Shown piece after piece: positions 20,146 to 31,560 of a stretch of DNA of 64,000 bases. Position 1 is the first letter of the stretch; every line of letters starts with the position of its first letter. The DNA is from Candidatus Marinacidobacterales bacterium (GTDB taxonomy: Bacteria; Acidobacteriota; Vicinamibacteria; Marinacidobacterales; DATDRI01), in contig CBDCNP010000002.1 of assembly GCA_965219415.1 (NCBI GenBank), positions 192,001-256,000 of the forward strand. Direction: 5' to 3'. Position numbers and translations under genes: made by a program. The notes under the pieces are model-generated. The model had not been told where the DNA came from and did no database searches. It was given only the letters and a program-made list of their open reading frames with translations.

Positions 20146-21576
20146 TCAAGCCCATTCTTAGTTGAAACTCTCCACGGCTCACGTTTAAGCGACCTTCTTC
20201 TTCGATACGGTTGATGTCTTCGCCTCGATCTTCAGTTCCCGCTTGAGAGCTTCGCGAAGCTTGGGAAGATGGCGGTAGCCCACCACCTTCCTCAAGCGCG
20301 GTTCGATGTCTACGAGCGCCGTTGCCAACCAGCGCTGGCGTTGGCTCGAGTTCTTCCAGTGGTCGACCTTCGCGCAGCGTTCCTCGACGAGAGCATTGAC
20401 GGACTCAAGGCAGTTCGTCGTCTTGAACGAACGGCCCAGCACCGCGTGCACGCCGAGTCGATGCAACGTCAGCGTCTCCTCGAGGCCTTCCTCCAGGCTG
20501 CCAGCTGCGGATTGGTTCCGCTCTTCTAACTCACCGTGGAGTTGCTCGAGCGCAGTGAGGGCCTCTTCGTACTCCGGCCTGTTGTAGGCCCACTGGAGCC
20601 GCTTGCGCCATGACGCCTGCTCGCCCTTGGACAGGTAGCTCACTACGTTTTCACGTTTGTGCCACTGGCAGCGTTGTATCAGGGCCCGCTTACGGAATGC
20701 CTTCTTGACTGCCGCTTGGAGACCCTTGCCGCCGTCGATGATCACCAGCAGACCCTGGGAGATATCGAGTCCCCGCTCGAGCAGTGAACGCAGGAACGGC
20801 GTCAACACCTGCGCGTTCTCCGTGTCCGTCTCCACGAAGCCCAAGAAGCGTTTTTCCCCGCAAAGCGTGATGCCCAGAGCCACGACCATCGTTGCCTCGG
20901 CGAATGTCTTCCCATCCAGAAACAGCGCCACCACATCCTCGCCGGTCAGATCCCGTTCCTGCATCTCCCGCAGCTTCGCAGCGCTCGCTTGCACGAACCC
21001 TCGGGACACCGTTGAGCTCGACAGCCCGATGGCGCCCGGAATCGCTTCCACTGCCGCCTCGTAGTTGCGACAAGAGATTCCGTAGAGAACTCGTTTCAGC
21101 AGAAGATCATTCACCTCACCGCCGTGGCTCACCGCCTCGTAGCAGCGAAGCGGAATCTCTCCTCCCTCGATGCTCCGAACCCGTGGCACACGGATCGGTA
21201 CCCGCTGGCCGCCAAGCCCTACCGTGCCCGGGTTGCTTCCGGGACGGCGACCGCGCTCCAGCTCGTCCTTGCGAGAGTATCGCTCTCCCGCCAACGCCTT
21301 CACTTCGTCGTCGAGCAACTCGTGAACGTGCATTAGACCAAGGGGGACCAACCAACGGATCATCTCTACCTTGGCGTCCAGCGCGAGTTCCCCGTAATCC
21401 TCGTGCCTCACCATCTCGACCTCACCCAAACGACGCGACTTCTTGCGTTTCTTGACCGAACGTAGCAGACTTCCCATCTCGGCTCCTTTCTTCGCGGCTT
21501 GATTTTGTTTTGTCCAACGCCATCAAACCACGGGGTTTGGAGCCGTTTCAATTCCCAACTGCAGGCTCGGCGGGTC
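20143..21576 (-). mobile_element. IS256-family insertion sequence, no obvious target-site duplication
   Basis: Imperfect terminal IRs GA..AGTTG-N9-ACGGCTC at both ends. Flanks read TTTTCTC | GAGATCCC. Confidence 0.8.
20185..21477 (-). CDS. IS256/Mutator-family DDE transposase
   Basis: LFLDG, IIDGGKGL, QRCQWHK and TTNCLES. Confidence 0.93.
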   Translation of the reverse strand: MGSLLRSVKKRKKSRRLGEVEMVRHEDYGELALDAKVEMIRWLVPLGLMHVHELLDDEVKALAGERYSRKDELERGRRPGSNPGTVGLGGQRVPIRVPRVRSIEGGEIPLRCYEAVSHGGEVNDLLLKRVLYGISCRNYEAAVEAIPGAIGLSSSTVSRGFVQASAAKLREMQERDLTGEDVVALFLDGKTFAEATMVVALGITLCGEKRFLGFVETDTENAQVLTPFLRSLLERGLDISQGLLVIIDGGKGLQAAVKKAFRKRALIQRCQWHKRENVVSYLSKGEQASWRKRLQWAYNRPEYEEALTALEQLHGELEERNQSAAGSLEEGLEETLTLHRLGVHAVLGRSFKTTNCLESVNALVEERCAKVDHWKNSSQRQRWLATALVDIEPRLRKVVGYRHLPKLREALKRELKIEAKTSTVSKKKVA

Positions 21577-22244
21577 GAGATCCCGTTAGGAAGAGCTCCG
21601 AAGGAGTCGAGTACGGTGAGGCGACCGGTCGCGTTCCTAATCGAGATGGGCCCTGGAAGATGGTGTACGCCGTTTTCGATCTCGGGGGAAAAGAGAAGTT
21701 GGTGGCGCGCTACTTGGGTGAAGCAGAGCAAGTTGCTTTCAATCGAGGCGCGTTGCAGACGTCGCTGGTCAGCATGGAACCGCAGCGGCTCCTGGTAGAC
21801 GAGGTCAGGGCGGCACCGCGCGTCGTGTGGGAGGCCGCGTCCCTGCCCGGCGCGCGTTCGAGTGGGCTGGCGCGAGTCACGATGCCAACCGAGTGGATTC
21901 TAGAACCCGGAACGCCCTTCCCATGCCCAGGAGCTCCGCCTCTGGAGGCGGCGTTGGCGGCGTCGCCGCCAGGCGATTTCACGGTCTCGCTTCGTTCGGC
22001 CTGGTGGCCAACAAGGAAGGACACGCCCGAGACGGCGGCCTCTAGCTGTTCCAATCGCCGTGGGAGCCTAGGCGAGACCTCATACACGTTCGAAGAGGAT
22101 TGGCTCGGTATCCCTTACACGGTTCAGGGGAGCTTCGTGTCCGTCGGAGAGGGGCTGCTCCAGTTGGAAGTGGTCGCACCAGCCGAGAAGGCCGGGCACT
22201 TGACCGAGCTCTTTTCCACTTGGGTCCGAGAGAACTCCCCCTGA
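21577..22244 (+). pseudogene. 3' half of the trypsin-like protease whose 5' half lies at 31554-32591 (-)
   Basis: No start of its own outside the IS. Joins in frame as ...GTLSFS|RDPVRK... when the inversion is undone. Confidence 0.65.
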
Positions 22245-22417
22245 GTTGAAGACGCATCACCCTCACCCAGCGTCTGGCCACGTTGACAGTGGCACGTCGT
22301 TTTCTGACGCCGGAATCTCCCAACCCGCCTCCGTCCCAAGAACTCGGGTGGCTTCGGCGGGTCCGCCGAAGCTCTTCGCGAAGGCGGAAGGGAGAGAGAT
22401 TAAAGGAACAAGAGCTT

Positions 22418-23536
22418 CTAATGGGCGTAGTCGAGCGTCACGACATCCCACAGACTTCGATAGCGACCCTCGTCCACATTGTTCAAAAAAGTTGCCACGT
22501 TCTGAACGAGCGTTACCGTGATGTGATCACCGACCATCTGTGGGTGGGGGCGATGCAAGTTCGCGTAGGCACGAATAAAAACGCTTCGATCGTGGATTGG
22601 CAGTTGTTTCACGTTATCCACGAAATGCGGCCACTTGCGCTGGCGGAAGAGATAGAACTCCACGTTGGAGACATAGAAGGCGGAGACGGTATCCCCGCTT
22701 CCTCGAAGAAGTTTCCCCAGGCGGCGAAAAACCCCCTTGCCGGCGAAGTCGCCGACGAGAGGAACGATCAGGTTTGCCGTTTGCATACTGCGGACGACCT
22801 CGTAGGTTTCCGCCGTCGCCAGCCAGTTGCGCTGTACACCCTCCAGATCGGTCTCCACGAGGAATTCCTTCAGGGTAGGGAAGAAGAACGAGCGCCAGCT
22901 ATCGTACTTGATGTCCAGACCTTGTCTGGAGAACTCCTGATAGATGCGTTCGACGTCTTGGAAGTCGCTTGGAGTCAAGTTGAGATCGGGCCAGGCGCGG
23001 AGGGTTGCCATCATTTCGGAAGAAAGTTGGCGGGTGAACTCCGGATCAACGGCGGTGTTCTCTATGATCTCGACCAGTTCGATTAAGGAGAGGTCATGCG
23101 AAGGAGGCGGCCGATGGACGGGTCTGCCGGTCAGAAACGAAAGATATTCGAGCCTGGTCTCTGCCTTTTCGATCAGAAGCTTGAAAATGAGGTGCTCCAA
23201 CATGTTTTGGCGTCGGATGTCGACAAGAAAAGCCATCCGTGGCCGCAGCTCGGCAATGTAGGTGAAGTTTTGGTTGGGCCCCACACCGAGGTACACACCA
23301 CCGGATATGGCCATCGCGTCGAGCGGTTGAAGCGCGTGAAGATAGGATGTTTCATTGGAAATGAAATTGTTGCTCCAAAAATAACCGCCCTCCTCGGAGA
23401 GCTCGTTGATGAGGCGACCGAACTCGCTTCGTGAGAGCTTCGGGGGTTCGGGGATTGACGTGTCTGTGCACGACGAGGTGTACGGGGAAAGAAACAGCGG
23501 CACCGCCAGGATGAGCAGGAACGATCGATGCAACAT
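22418..23536 (-). CDS. Conserved hypothetical exported protein
   Basis: 372-aa ORF with a signal peptide and motifs SEEGGYFWSNNFISNE, YLGVGPNQNF and YVSNVEFYL. Confidence 0.7.
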   Translation of the reverse strand: MLHRSFLLILAVPLFLSPYTSSCTDTSIPEPPKLSRSEFGRLINELSEEGGYFWSNNFISNETSYLHALQPLDAMAISGGVYLGVGPNQNFTYIAELRPRMAFLVDIRRQNMLEHLIFKLLIEKAETRLEYLSFLTGRPVHRPPPSHDLSLIELVEIIENTAVDPEFTRQLSSEMMATLRAWPDLNLTPSDFQDVERIYQEFSRQGLDIKYDSWRSFFFPTLKEFLVETDLEGVQRNWLATAETYEVVRSMQTANLIVPLVGDFAGKGVFRRLGKLLRGSGDTVSAFYVSNVEFYLFRQRKWPHFVDNVKQLPIHDRSVFIRAYANLHRPHPQMVGDHITVTLVQNVATFLNNVDEGRYRSLWDVVTLDYAH

Positions 23537-23553
23537 GGCGACTTAGGCGCTCC

Positions 23554-24592
23554 CTAGCCGTTGGTAGCTTTGCTCCGTCTGGTCGGGGGGGGAACGCAAC
23601 GTGCCCTCAAAAGGATCGGGACACGAAGTCGAGTGATTCCTCGACATGTGCCATGACGAGGGCCCACCCGTGCGGCTCGCCAGGATGTGTTTTGAATTCG
23701 TGCGGTACTCCCGCTTTGGGTGAGAGCTTGGTCTAGAGCTTCCAGACCTCGGCCGAGCTGGATGATACGGTTGTAGCGGTCGGCAGTGCCGTAGTCGAAG
23801 TAAATCGGTAGCCCATCGAGATCTGCGGATTTCGCGAGAACCAAAGGATTGTTAGAGTCATAGTACTCTTGGTTCAAGGGGTCACCGTAGACGGTTGTGA
23901 AGACCTCTTTGAAGAATCTGAACCGTCGGCTCGATTTCATTTCTGGGGAAACATCGAGCGGGTTTCGATTGAGGAACACGATCGGCGAGTGCGCGGCCAC
24001 AGCCCCGTACATGTCCGGATATTTCATCGCGATTTTCAAAGCTCCGAAGCCCCCCATCGAGGTTCCAGCGATACTTCGATTCCGCCTGCCCTTTCTGGCA
24101 CGATAAGTGGTCTCTACGTGCCCCACCAGCTCCTTCACCACGAAGTCTTCGTATTTCAGGTGTCCGTCGTAGTAGTTGGTATAGAAGCTGCGACCCCCGT
24201 TGGGATGGACTAAGAGCATCTCCGGGATCTTTTTCTCCAACATGAGCCGTTCGATTTTGGCGGGCAGGTTTCCGTGCTCGCTGTCGGTCCAGCTGGTGTG
24301 GTCGTTGAACAATCCGTGGAGGAAGTAGAGGACTGGGTACACGTCCTTGTTGCTGTCGTAGGAGGGTGGAAAGAAAATGGAATACTGCCCTTGCCCGCGC
24401 AGTGCCTGGCTATCGAGGCTCGCAAACTCTACCCTCGAACCACCGGGAAGTGCAATGCCGCCGCGAAGCGGTATGAATGCTGCGGAGCTCCGTCCGAAGC
24501 CAACCGAACCTCCGAGCAGCAATCCGACGACACCTATCCCGAAAATCTGCCGGCTGGAAATCCGCAGCCTTTTTTTCGTCCTGTGCTTTCAA
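23554..24592 (-). CDS. Alpha/beta-hydrolase esterase family protein; frameshifted at both ends
   Basis: YPVLYFLHG and GTSMGG nucleophile elbow. The catalytic His segment is out of frame near 23690. Confidence 0.8.
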
Positions 24593-24693
24593 TTTTTTTC
24601 CCTTTTGGGCAGCTTATCACAAGCGCCACAAGCGGAAAGACGCGCTTGGGGAGGCGCGGGGGCGGATCCCATATAATAGATTCGGACTAAGTC

Positions 24694-25623
24694 ATGGCCA
24701 CGCCCAGCTCGCTCGTTCGACTCATCGGTGTACCGCTCGATCTTGGAGCGGGCCGCCGCGGGGTCGACATGGGGCCGTCGGCAATGCGCATAGCTGGCGC
24801 CACCCAGACCCTCGAGCGTCTAGGCTATGAGGTCATCGATGACGGCGACATCGCGGTCGTCTGCCCCGAAGTGCAGGAAGTAAGCGACCCCAAGCTGCGG
24901 TACCTCCCGGAAATAATGCGCACCGTGGAGAATCTTAGCGGGAAGGTGGAGCGGACGATGGGCCGCGGCGAGTTTCCGGTCGTGCTCGGAGGCGACCACT
25001 CCATGGCCATCGGCACCATTTCCGGTGCCGCGTCTCACTACCGGGGCGAGGGCAAGAAGATGGGCTTCTTTGGTTCGATGCTCACGGTGACGCAAACACC
25101 CCGGAAACCTCGCCCTCCGGTAATATCCACGGGATGCCGCTGGCGGTGGTGTTGGGAAGGGGGGCCAAAGAGCTCGTCGAGGTCGGCGGCTTTGGTCCTG
25201 AGGAAGCGCGGCTCGATCCTGCGCATGCCGCATTGATCGGCGTGCGGAGCGTCGATGAATGCGAAAGAGGAGTGTTGAAAGAGCTCGGAATCACGGTATT
25301 CACGATGGAGAACATCGACCGAAGAGGGATCCACGCCGTCACCAAGGACGCCATCGCAATCGCCAGCGCCGGCACCGAATCCTTCCACGTGAGCTTCGAC
25401 GTTGATTCGATGGATCCAGCGGTGGCGGCGGGAGTCGGAACTCCAGCGAGAGGGGGGCTGACTTACCGCGAAGCGCACACCGTGATGGAGCTCGTGGCAG
25501 AAAGCGGAAAGCTGTGCTCGTTCGAATTGGCGGAAGTCAATCCAGTTCTCGGATATCCGAAACTCGGCCGCTGAGGTGGCCGTCGAAATCATGGCCTCCG
25601 CGCTCGGCAAGCGAATTATCTGA
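24694..25623 (+). CDS. rocF: Arginase; frameshifts at ~25070 and ~25555
   Basis: GVDMGP, GGDHS, DAHGD..SPSGNIHGMP, SFDVD and EVNP distributed across frames. Confidence 0.88.
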
Positions 25624-25628
25624 GGCGC

Positions 25629-27255
25629 TTAGAAACGCGAAGCGGGGAGCGCCACGTCGGCTCGCCCCCAGGCGTCTTCGAATTCCTCCTGCGTTTCAGC
25701 CGCTTCGGTCGTTTTCCCTTGCGCTCGCTGGGCCTGCAAAAGACCGTAGAGTGACCAGCCGTTATGGCGATTCCAATCGAGATCCTTGTGGTAGACGGCC
25801 TCCGCTTCCGCGGGGCGGCCCGCCTCTAGCAGCACCGCACCCAAGACCTGCCGCACCGGTTGATGCCACCGCGATGGCTCCGAATAACGCAGTCCCTCTT
25901 GAATAATGGCAGCCTCTTCGAGGGAGCGAATCGCCTCGTCGAACTCGCCTTTTTTGGCTGCGAGCTCTCCAGACAACGTCTGGGCCGCAACGCCAAGAAT
26001 GTCGTGGGCCGGGCTCTGGTTGATGACCAAGTCGTCCATAGACGAATCTCCGATGAGCTTCGAGAGCTCGGAACGCTCATGCTCGGCGCGGTCCATCTGG
26101 CCGGTCGCCGTGAAGGCCACTCCACGTCCGTAATGCCAAATCCCTTTGGTGAAAACCAGATCATCGGGCGGGGGCGGTTCGCTCAGCATTTCTTCCCACC
26201 TCCCGAATCGAGTGAACGCGTAGTACGGCGTCACCAAGAAGTCTTGAAGAGACGGGAAGTCGGACAGGTTGCTACGGGGAACTTTGTCCGCGAGCTTACG
26301 TGCGGAGTCGATGGCCATCTCACTGTTGCCTTCGAGAGTCGCCGCGGCCCACAGAAAGTGGATGTTGTGCGGGTAGTACCCAACGGGATAAAGACCCTGT
26401 GCCTGGCACTGGGCGATGTAGGACTCATCGGCGGCGATGGCACGAACGTTGGCCTCCGATGCGTCGGCATAGCGGCCCACGCGAATGTAGATGTGTGCGG
26501 GCATGTGCACCAGGTGCCCGGCACCCGGCATGAGATTCGCCAAGCGTTCCGCACTGGGCACGGCGCGGTCGGGAGTGGTCGAGGGCTCGACGATATGAAT
26601 GTAGTAATGATGGGCGCCGGGATGGTCCGGATGACTGGCCATGACGGATTCCAGCGTAGAAATGACTATCTTCGTCCCGGGTTTGGGTTGTAGATCTGCG
26701 GTCCAATAGTCCCATGGCATCGTGTTCATGATCGCCGCGGCATACAGCGTGGCGGCGTCGGGATCGTCCGGATACTTCTCGGCGAGTGCGCTCATAGCCT
26801 TGGCATAGGTGGCGTCGAGCGTCGCGCGGTCGGCGTCCGCTTTGTTGTAGTACCGGGTGGCGAGTGCGTCGATGTATGCGCGCTCCCTCTCACTGGAGGC
26901 AGATTTCAACGCCAGCGCTTTTTGTAGCGCCGCGTAGGCTTCTAGCTCCCGCTCGTGGGGCATGGGGTCGTTGATATTGGGCCCCAGTGCGAGCCCAAGC
27001 CCCCAGTACGCCATCGCGCAGTCAGGATCGAGTCGAGAGCAGCCTCCCTGAACGCGCGGGCCGCCTCGGCATGGTTGAACGCGTAGGTGAGCCTCAGGCC
27101 TTGATCGAAGAAGATCTGGGCGCGTTCCGAATCGGTGGTGACGGGATGATGGAGCGTGCCAAGGTCCTCGAGCAGGGGAGCGACAGGAGAGTCGCTTTGG
27201 CCGTACCGCCGATAGTAAGAAAGAGGACGGCAAAAAGAAAAGAAGCGAAGGGCAT
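25629..27255 (-). CDS. TPR-containing exported protein; frameshifts in the 5' part
   Basis: CAMAYWG..LGPNIN, HPGAHHYYIH and GHLVHMPAHIY, followed by TPR helices. Confidence 0.8.
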
Positions 27256-27354
27256 CGAGTTCCTCCTAGAAGAAAGGAGACCTTATCGTTCCGATGCCCC
27301 TCGCATCAAATGCTACGAGGTCCGATTTCAGTTCTTGCCGAAGACCCGTAGAGT

Positions 27355-28431
27355 CTATCGGCGGCCGATCTCGACGTTCGAGTAGACCACTCCCTGGATA
27401 GATTCCGCCCGCTCTGCGATCCCGAGCTCCACATAGTGCTTGCTGGGATTGTAGGCGCGGCTATAGGAAACCGTAATCATGCGATTGCCGTTCATAAAGA
27501 CGTCGGCAACGTTCCGGGCGCCAGCGGGGCCCCACTGGATACGCCACGTGTAGATCTTGAACGGATCCCAGTTGAGGAAGGAGTTACCCTCATCGTGCTG
27601 CTCGCCCTGCGCAATCCAGCGCAAGCGTAGGTAGGGGCCGTTGTGCCTCGGATCGAGCTTTTGAAGATGCACGCGGAACGGGTTCGCACGGTAGTCCCCC
27701 CGGCTGGGATCCCACATTCCGAACAGCATGAACTGGTCGAGGCTGGGATTGGAGCGTAGAAGACCCCAGGTGTCGAATTCCACGTATCCTGCCGAGACCG
27801 GGGGGATGCTATAACGAATGAAGTTATTCTTCGCTCTCACCTCCCAACCGCGGGACGTAAACGCACCGCCCGAGACCTGGCCTCTGGATCCGCCATTGGT
27901 GAGGGAATCGGAAAGAATGATCTGACCGTCGCCGAAAGTCTCCGGTTCGGGATCGTCGGGAACAGTGAAGTCGGAGACTTCTGATGTGAGCCGCGCCGTG
28001 CCCAGGTCCGCGTAGGCCCTCCAGAAATACTTTCTTGCGTCCAGCGACTTCCCGACCTTCCACGAGGTCTCTCCATCGGAGTCCTCCCGCACGCCCCCTT
28101 CTCTGGCCACGATGTCGCCAAAGCTCCGATCGCTCGCGACCTGGAACGTGTAGGTCGGCGTACCTTCCGTCGTCGTGGCGTTTTTCACCGTCAGCGTTGG
28201 GGATTGACTGCTGACTTCTTCGCCTGGTTTGGGGCTGACAATCGCCGGCGGTGCGGTACCGGGCGCAGCCGGGGGAGCCGTCGGAGCCGGTTGGCCTTCA
28301 CTGCTGCCGACGCCCGTGGGAGTGCTCGAAGTCGGCGAGCTTCCTTCTTCCAGTGCGCAAGCTCCGAAAAGGAGGACAAGCCCGAGGAGGGGCCCGGCTA
28401 AAGTCAACCGTTTATGTCGGTTGGGGTACAT
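27355..28431 (-). CDS. Hypothetical lipoprotein (Pro/Thr linker, Ig-like and beta-sandwich domains)
   Basis: LFGAC lipobox, low-complexity linker, YTFQVA...YFWRA. Confidence 0.7.
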   Translation of the reverse strand: MYPNRHKRLTLAGPLLGLVLLFGACALEEGSSPTSSTPTGVGSSEGQPAPTAPPAAPGTAPPAIVSPKPGEEVSSQSPTLTVKNATTTEGTPTYTFQVASDRSFGDIVAREGGVREDSDGETSWKVGKSLDARKYFWRAYADLGTARLTSEVSDFTVPDDPEPETFGDGQIILSDSLTNGGSRGQVSGGAFTSRGWEVRAKNNFIRYSIPPVSAGYVEFDTWGLLRSNPSLDQFMLFGMWDPSRGDYRANPFRVHLQKLDPRHNGPYLRLRWIAQGEQHDEGNSFLNWDPFKIYTWRIQWGPAGARNVADVFMNGNRMITVSYSRAYNPSKHYVELGIAERAESIQGVVYSNVEIGRR

Positions 28432-28667
28432 GCACGCTCCTTCGTCTCTGTCTGAGCCCTCTAATGGGGTCCGTAGGCAGATGTTGGCAAATCTCTAACG
28501 TCCAGGGGTGATGAGAGCGGGCTGATAGTACCACTGGAAACAGGAGAAAGGCAAATGTTTTTGGAGACTTGGACACAAGACCTCAAGTAAAACCTTAAAC
28601 CCATTGAACCAACCCAGAATCGGCGGGCTAATCTGAATTTTGATAACAGCTTGGAGCGAGTGTGGGG

Positions 28668-30559
28668 TTATTCTACCACAGGGAGTTCCAAAAACGAGGC
28701 GAAATCTGCATTTCGTTCCGAAATTACCGGATCGCCGATCTTTGGGATCCGAGCGAAGAGTCCGCCATCGTGGCCAGCGAGGGCGAGACGGATCCGGTGC
28801 CCCTTCTTGAACAGAACGGTGGTCGGTTGGAGGCCGATTTTGAACTCCGCGACCTCGCCTGGGACGATCGGGGCGCCGTCTGCGGTTTTGAAGGTGTGGT
28901 AGGGGCCGAAGACTCGGTAGGGTGGTTCTTCGCCGGAGACGGTGCGAGTTAGGGCGCGAAGCTCCCCTTCGGTGACGTACGTGATCCTTCCATCGGGGTG
29001 CACGTCCTCGAGATAGGCATAGATCGCCCCGTCTTCGTGGGTCGAGCCAACGTGGAGAGAAACCAAGGGATAGCCGGTGACTTCGAGGTCCGACTCGAGC
29101 GAAGGGCTGGTGTAGGTCAGCAGCTTTTCATCATCATTGGCGCGATCACCATAGATGACATCTTCGCCTCCCATCTCTGTATGCCAGCGAGTTGCGGTCC
29201 CGGTCATCGCCTCGAAGTCGATCTCGTAGCGGTCGCTACCGGCGGGGGCGCTCGGTGCCTCGGTTACCAGACTTTGGTCTTCACCTAAGTACCAACGTTC
29301 GCGTGTGACACCGGGAACCGGCCAGGTCGTGGTTCGCTTCCACTTAGCCTCGCCCATCGTGTAGTAAATGATCACCTTCTCGTTCATGATGCCGGTGTCG
29401 ACATCCTTGAGGTGGTAGTCGAAAAACCGGAGATCCTCGTGCCACTGCGCCTTCCGACTCGGATCGGTGGGAGAATCATCGGGCAGGTATTGACTCGTGT
29501 GGAGGCTCCTCCGTGGTTCCACGGGCCGATGACTCCGCGCTGAGGATTGCTCAGGGTCATGAACCGCCTTATGACCGCGTCCGCGGTTCCCGCATCGTTC
29601 CAGCTTCCCCAACCGTAGATGGCAACGCCGGAGCGCTCGATCTCATCCAAGTACGTGTGGACACTGAGGTCATCCCAAGTGGTCTCCAACCCCGGTGCGG
29701 GCTCATCCCGGAAGGAGACTTCCATCAATGGACGAATGTCGGGGCTGTTTCGGTGCTCGGCAAGAGCTTCTGCCAGAAGCGCCCCCTCGGCATCCGCGTC
29801 GACCGGCTTTACTTTGCGATTGCCGCCTCCGGGAGCTTCGTTTCGATCGAGCTGCCGCACCACGTTGAGCCAAGTGCCGATCATCCATTCGAGCGGAATT
29901 CCACCGGGAAGACCGATGTCGGTATAGACGTCCAATTCCATGAACTTCGGGACGACGGCTTTTACCGCGGGATGATTGGGAACGGCAAGGAGCTGTGCCG
30001 TCGTACCGACGTAGGAGACGCCAATGCCGCCGACCGTACCGTTGGACCATGGTTGGGACGCGATCCATTCGGCGGTCTCACCATAGTCGGCGATGGCATC
30101 GGGAGGCCACAAGTGCTGCCAGGTGCCAAACGACGCGCCGGTCCCGCGCTCGTCGGCGCGAATCACCGCATAGCCGTGCCCGGTGAAGAAGCGGTCGTAG
30201 TCACGTGGCTCCTGTCCCTGCCGAGCGCGCCAGTATCGAGTCGTCATCAAGATGGCGGGGAGCTTTGCGTTCGGAGCGAGCGGTGACGGCAGGGTCACAT
30301 CGATGGCGATGCGGACGCCGTCTCGCATCGTGATGTAGAGCGCCTCGTTGGTGAGCGCGTCGTATTGTGGGGGTGTGTAGTTGTTGAAGATGCCGAAAAC
30401 CGCCTCGTGCTCGGCAAGAATCGGATCGCTGGGTACGGCCGCCTCACAACCGGTCAGCAGCAGCACGGCGATGACCAGCGCCGTCATTGCTGTCACTGCT
30501 GCCATTGTTCTTGGCTTCCTGCGAAGCATCGCACGTCTCCTTTCGACGGGGTGCAGCAT
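28668..30559 (-). CDS. CocE/NonD family hydrolase (peptidase S15), lipoprotein; frameshift at ~29500
   Basis: MRDGVRIA, RGTGASFG, WSNG, GVSY and IGPWNH, with a PepX_C-like C-terminal ORF. Confidence 0.88.
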
Positions 30560-30592
30560 AACTCATCTACCTATTTCGGCGTAGAATAATGC

Positions 30593-31269
30593 ATGGCGGA
30601 TTCCCAAGAGACCCTTTACAAGGTAGACGTGGTTCACGAGGGCAACGTTCTCGGGGAGGTATCGGTTGCGGTCGCTCGGCCCAATAACTTCCAGGCAGTG
30701 GCGATTATGGCCCATGGCGCCGGCGGGGACATGAACGCGAAGCTACTCGTTCAGCTACGGGACGGTCTCGCCGCTCGATCGGCGGCCGTGGTGCGATTCA
30801 ACTTTCTCTACAGCGAAAAGGGAAAACGGGCGCCTGATCGGCGGCCGCTGCTCGAAGCCGCCTGGCGCTCGGTCGCCGACTGGTCGCGAAAAGAGCTCCA
30901 GTCGGACGCGATTTTTCTTGGCGGGAAGTCCATGGGCGGACGGATGGCTTCTTACTTGGCGGCGGCGTCTTCTTTCTCGGCTACCCGCTTCATCCTCCGG
31001 GAAAGACCGACAAGCAGAGAAGGGATCGCTTGCCCAGAATTCCTGTTCCCGCCCTTTTCATACAAGGCACGCGGGACTCTTTCGGCAAGCCCGATTTGCT
31101 TCAGGGGGTGGTAGATGAGATGGGAGGGCGAGCAATGCTTCACGTCATTGACGAGGGGGATCATTCCTTCAAAGTTCCCAAGCGGCTCGGACGGATCGAG
31201 GGTGAAGTGACGCAAGAGATCCTCGATGTGTTGGATGGGTGGATGCGTAGGGTCGGAGAGAAAAGATGA
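30593..31269 (+). CDS. Small alpha/beta hydrolase; short deletion/frameshift at ~30962
   Basis: AHGAGG and GGKSMGGR, then GYPLHPPG, QGTRD and GDHSF in another frame. Confidence 0.8.
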
Positions 31270-31560
31270 GTGATAGCCGCATCGAGGCCCTCCGCCAAAT
31301 GATCGAGAAAGATCCGAACGATACGTTGGCTCGCTTCATGTTGGCAAATGAGCTCTACCAGGCGGGGGATTACGCGGCGACGGTGCAGGAGCTAGAAGCT
31401 TACCTGAAGCTCAAGGAGGACGAGGGAGCCGCTTATCGTACCCTCGGGGACGCCTTGGTTCAGTTGGGAAAGAAAAAAGAGGCTCGCTGGGCGTTTCGGC
31501 ACGGAGCCGAAGCGGCTCGCGCTCACAACCACTTGGCCATGGCCGACGAGCTCGAGAAAA
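31266..31560 (+). pseudogene. Small TPR protein truncated by the inversion breakpoint
   Basis: DPNDTLARFMLANE TPR. The reading after ELEK runs antisense into the protease gene. Confidence 0.75.
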
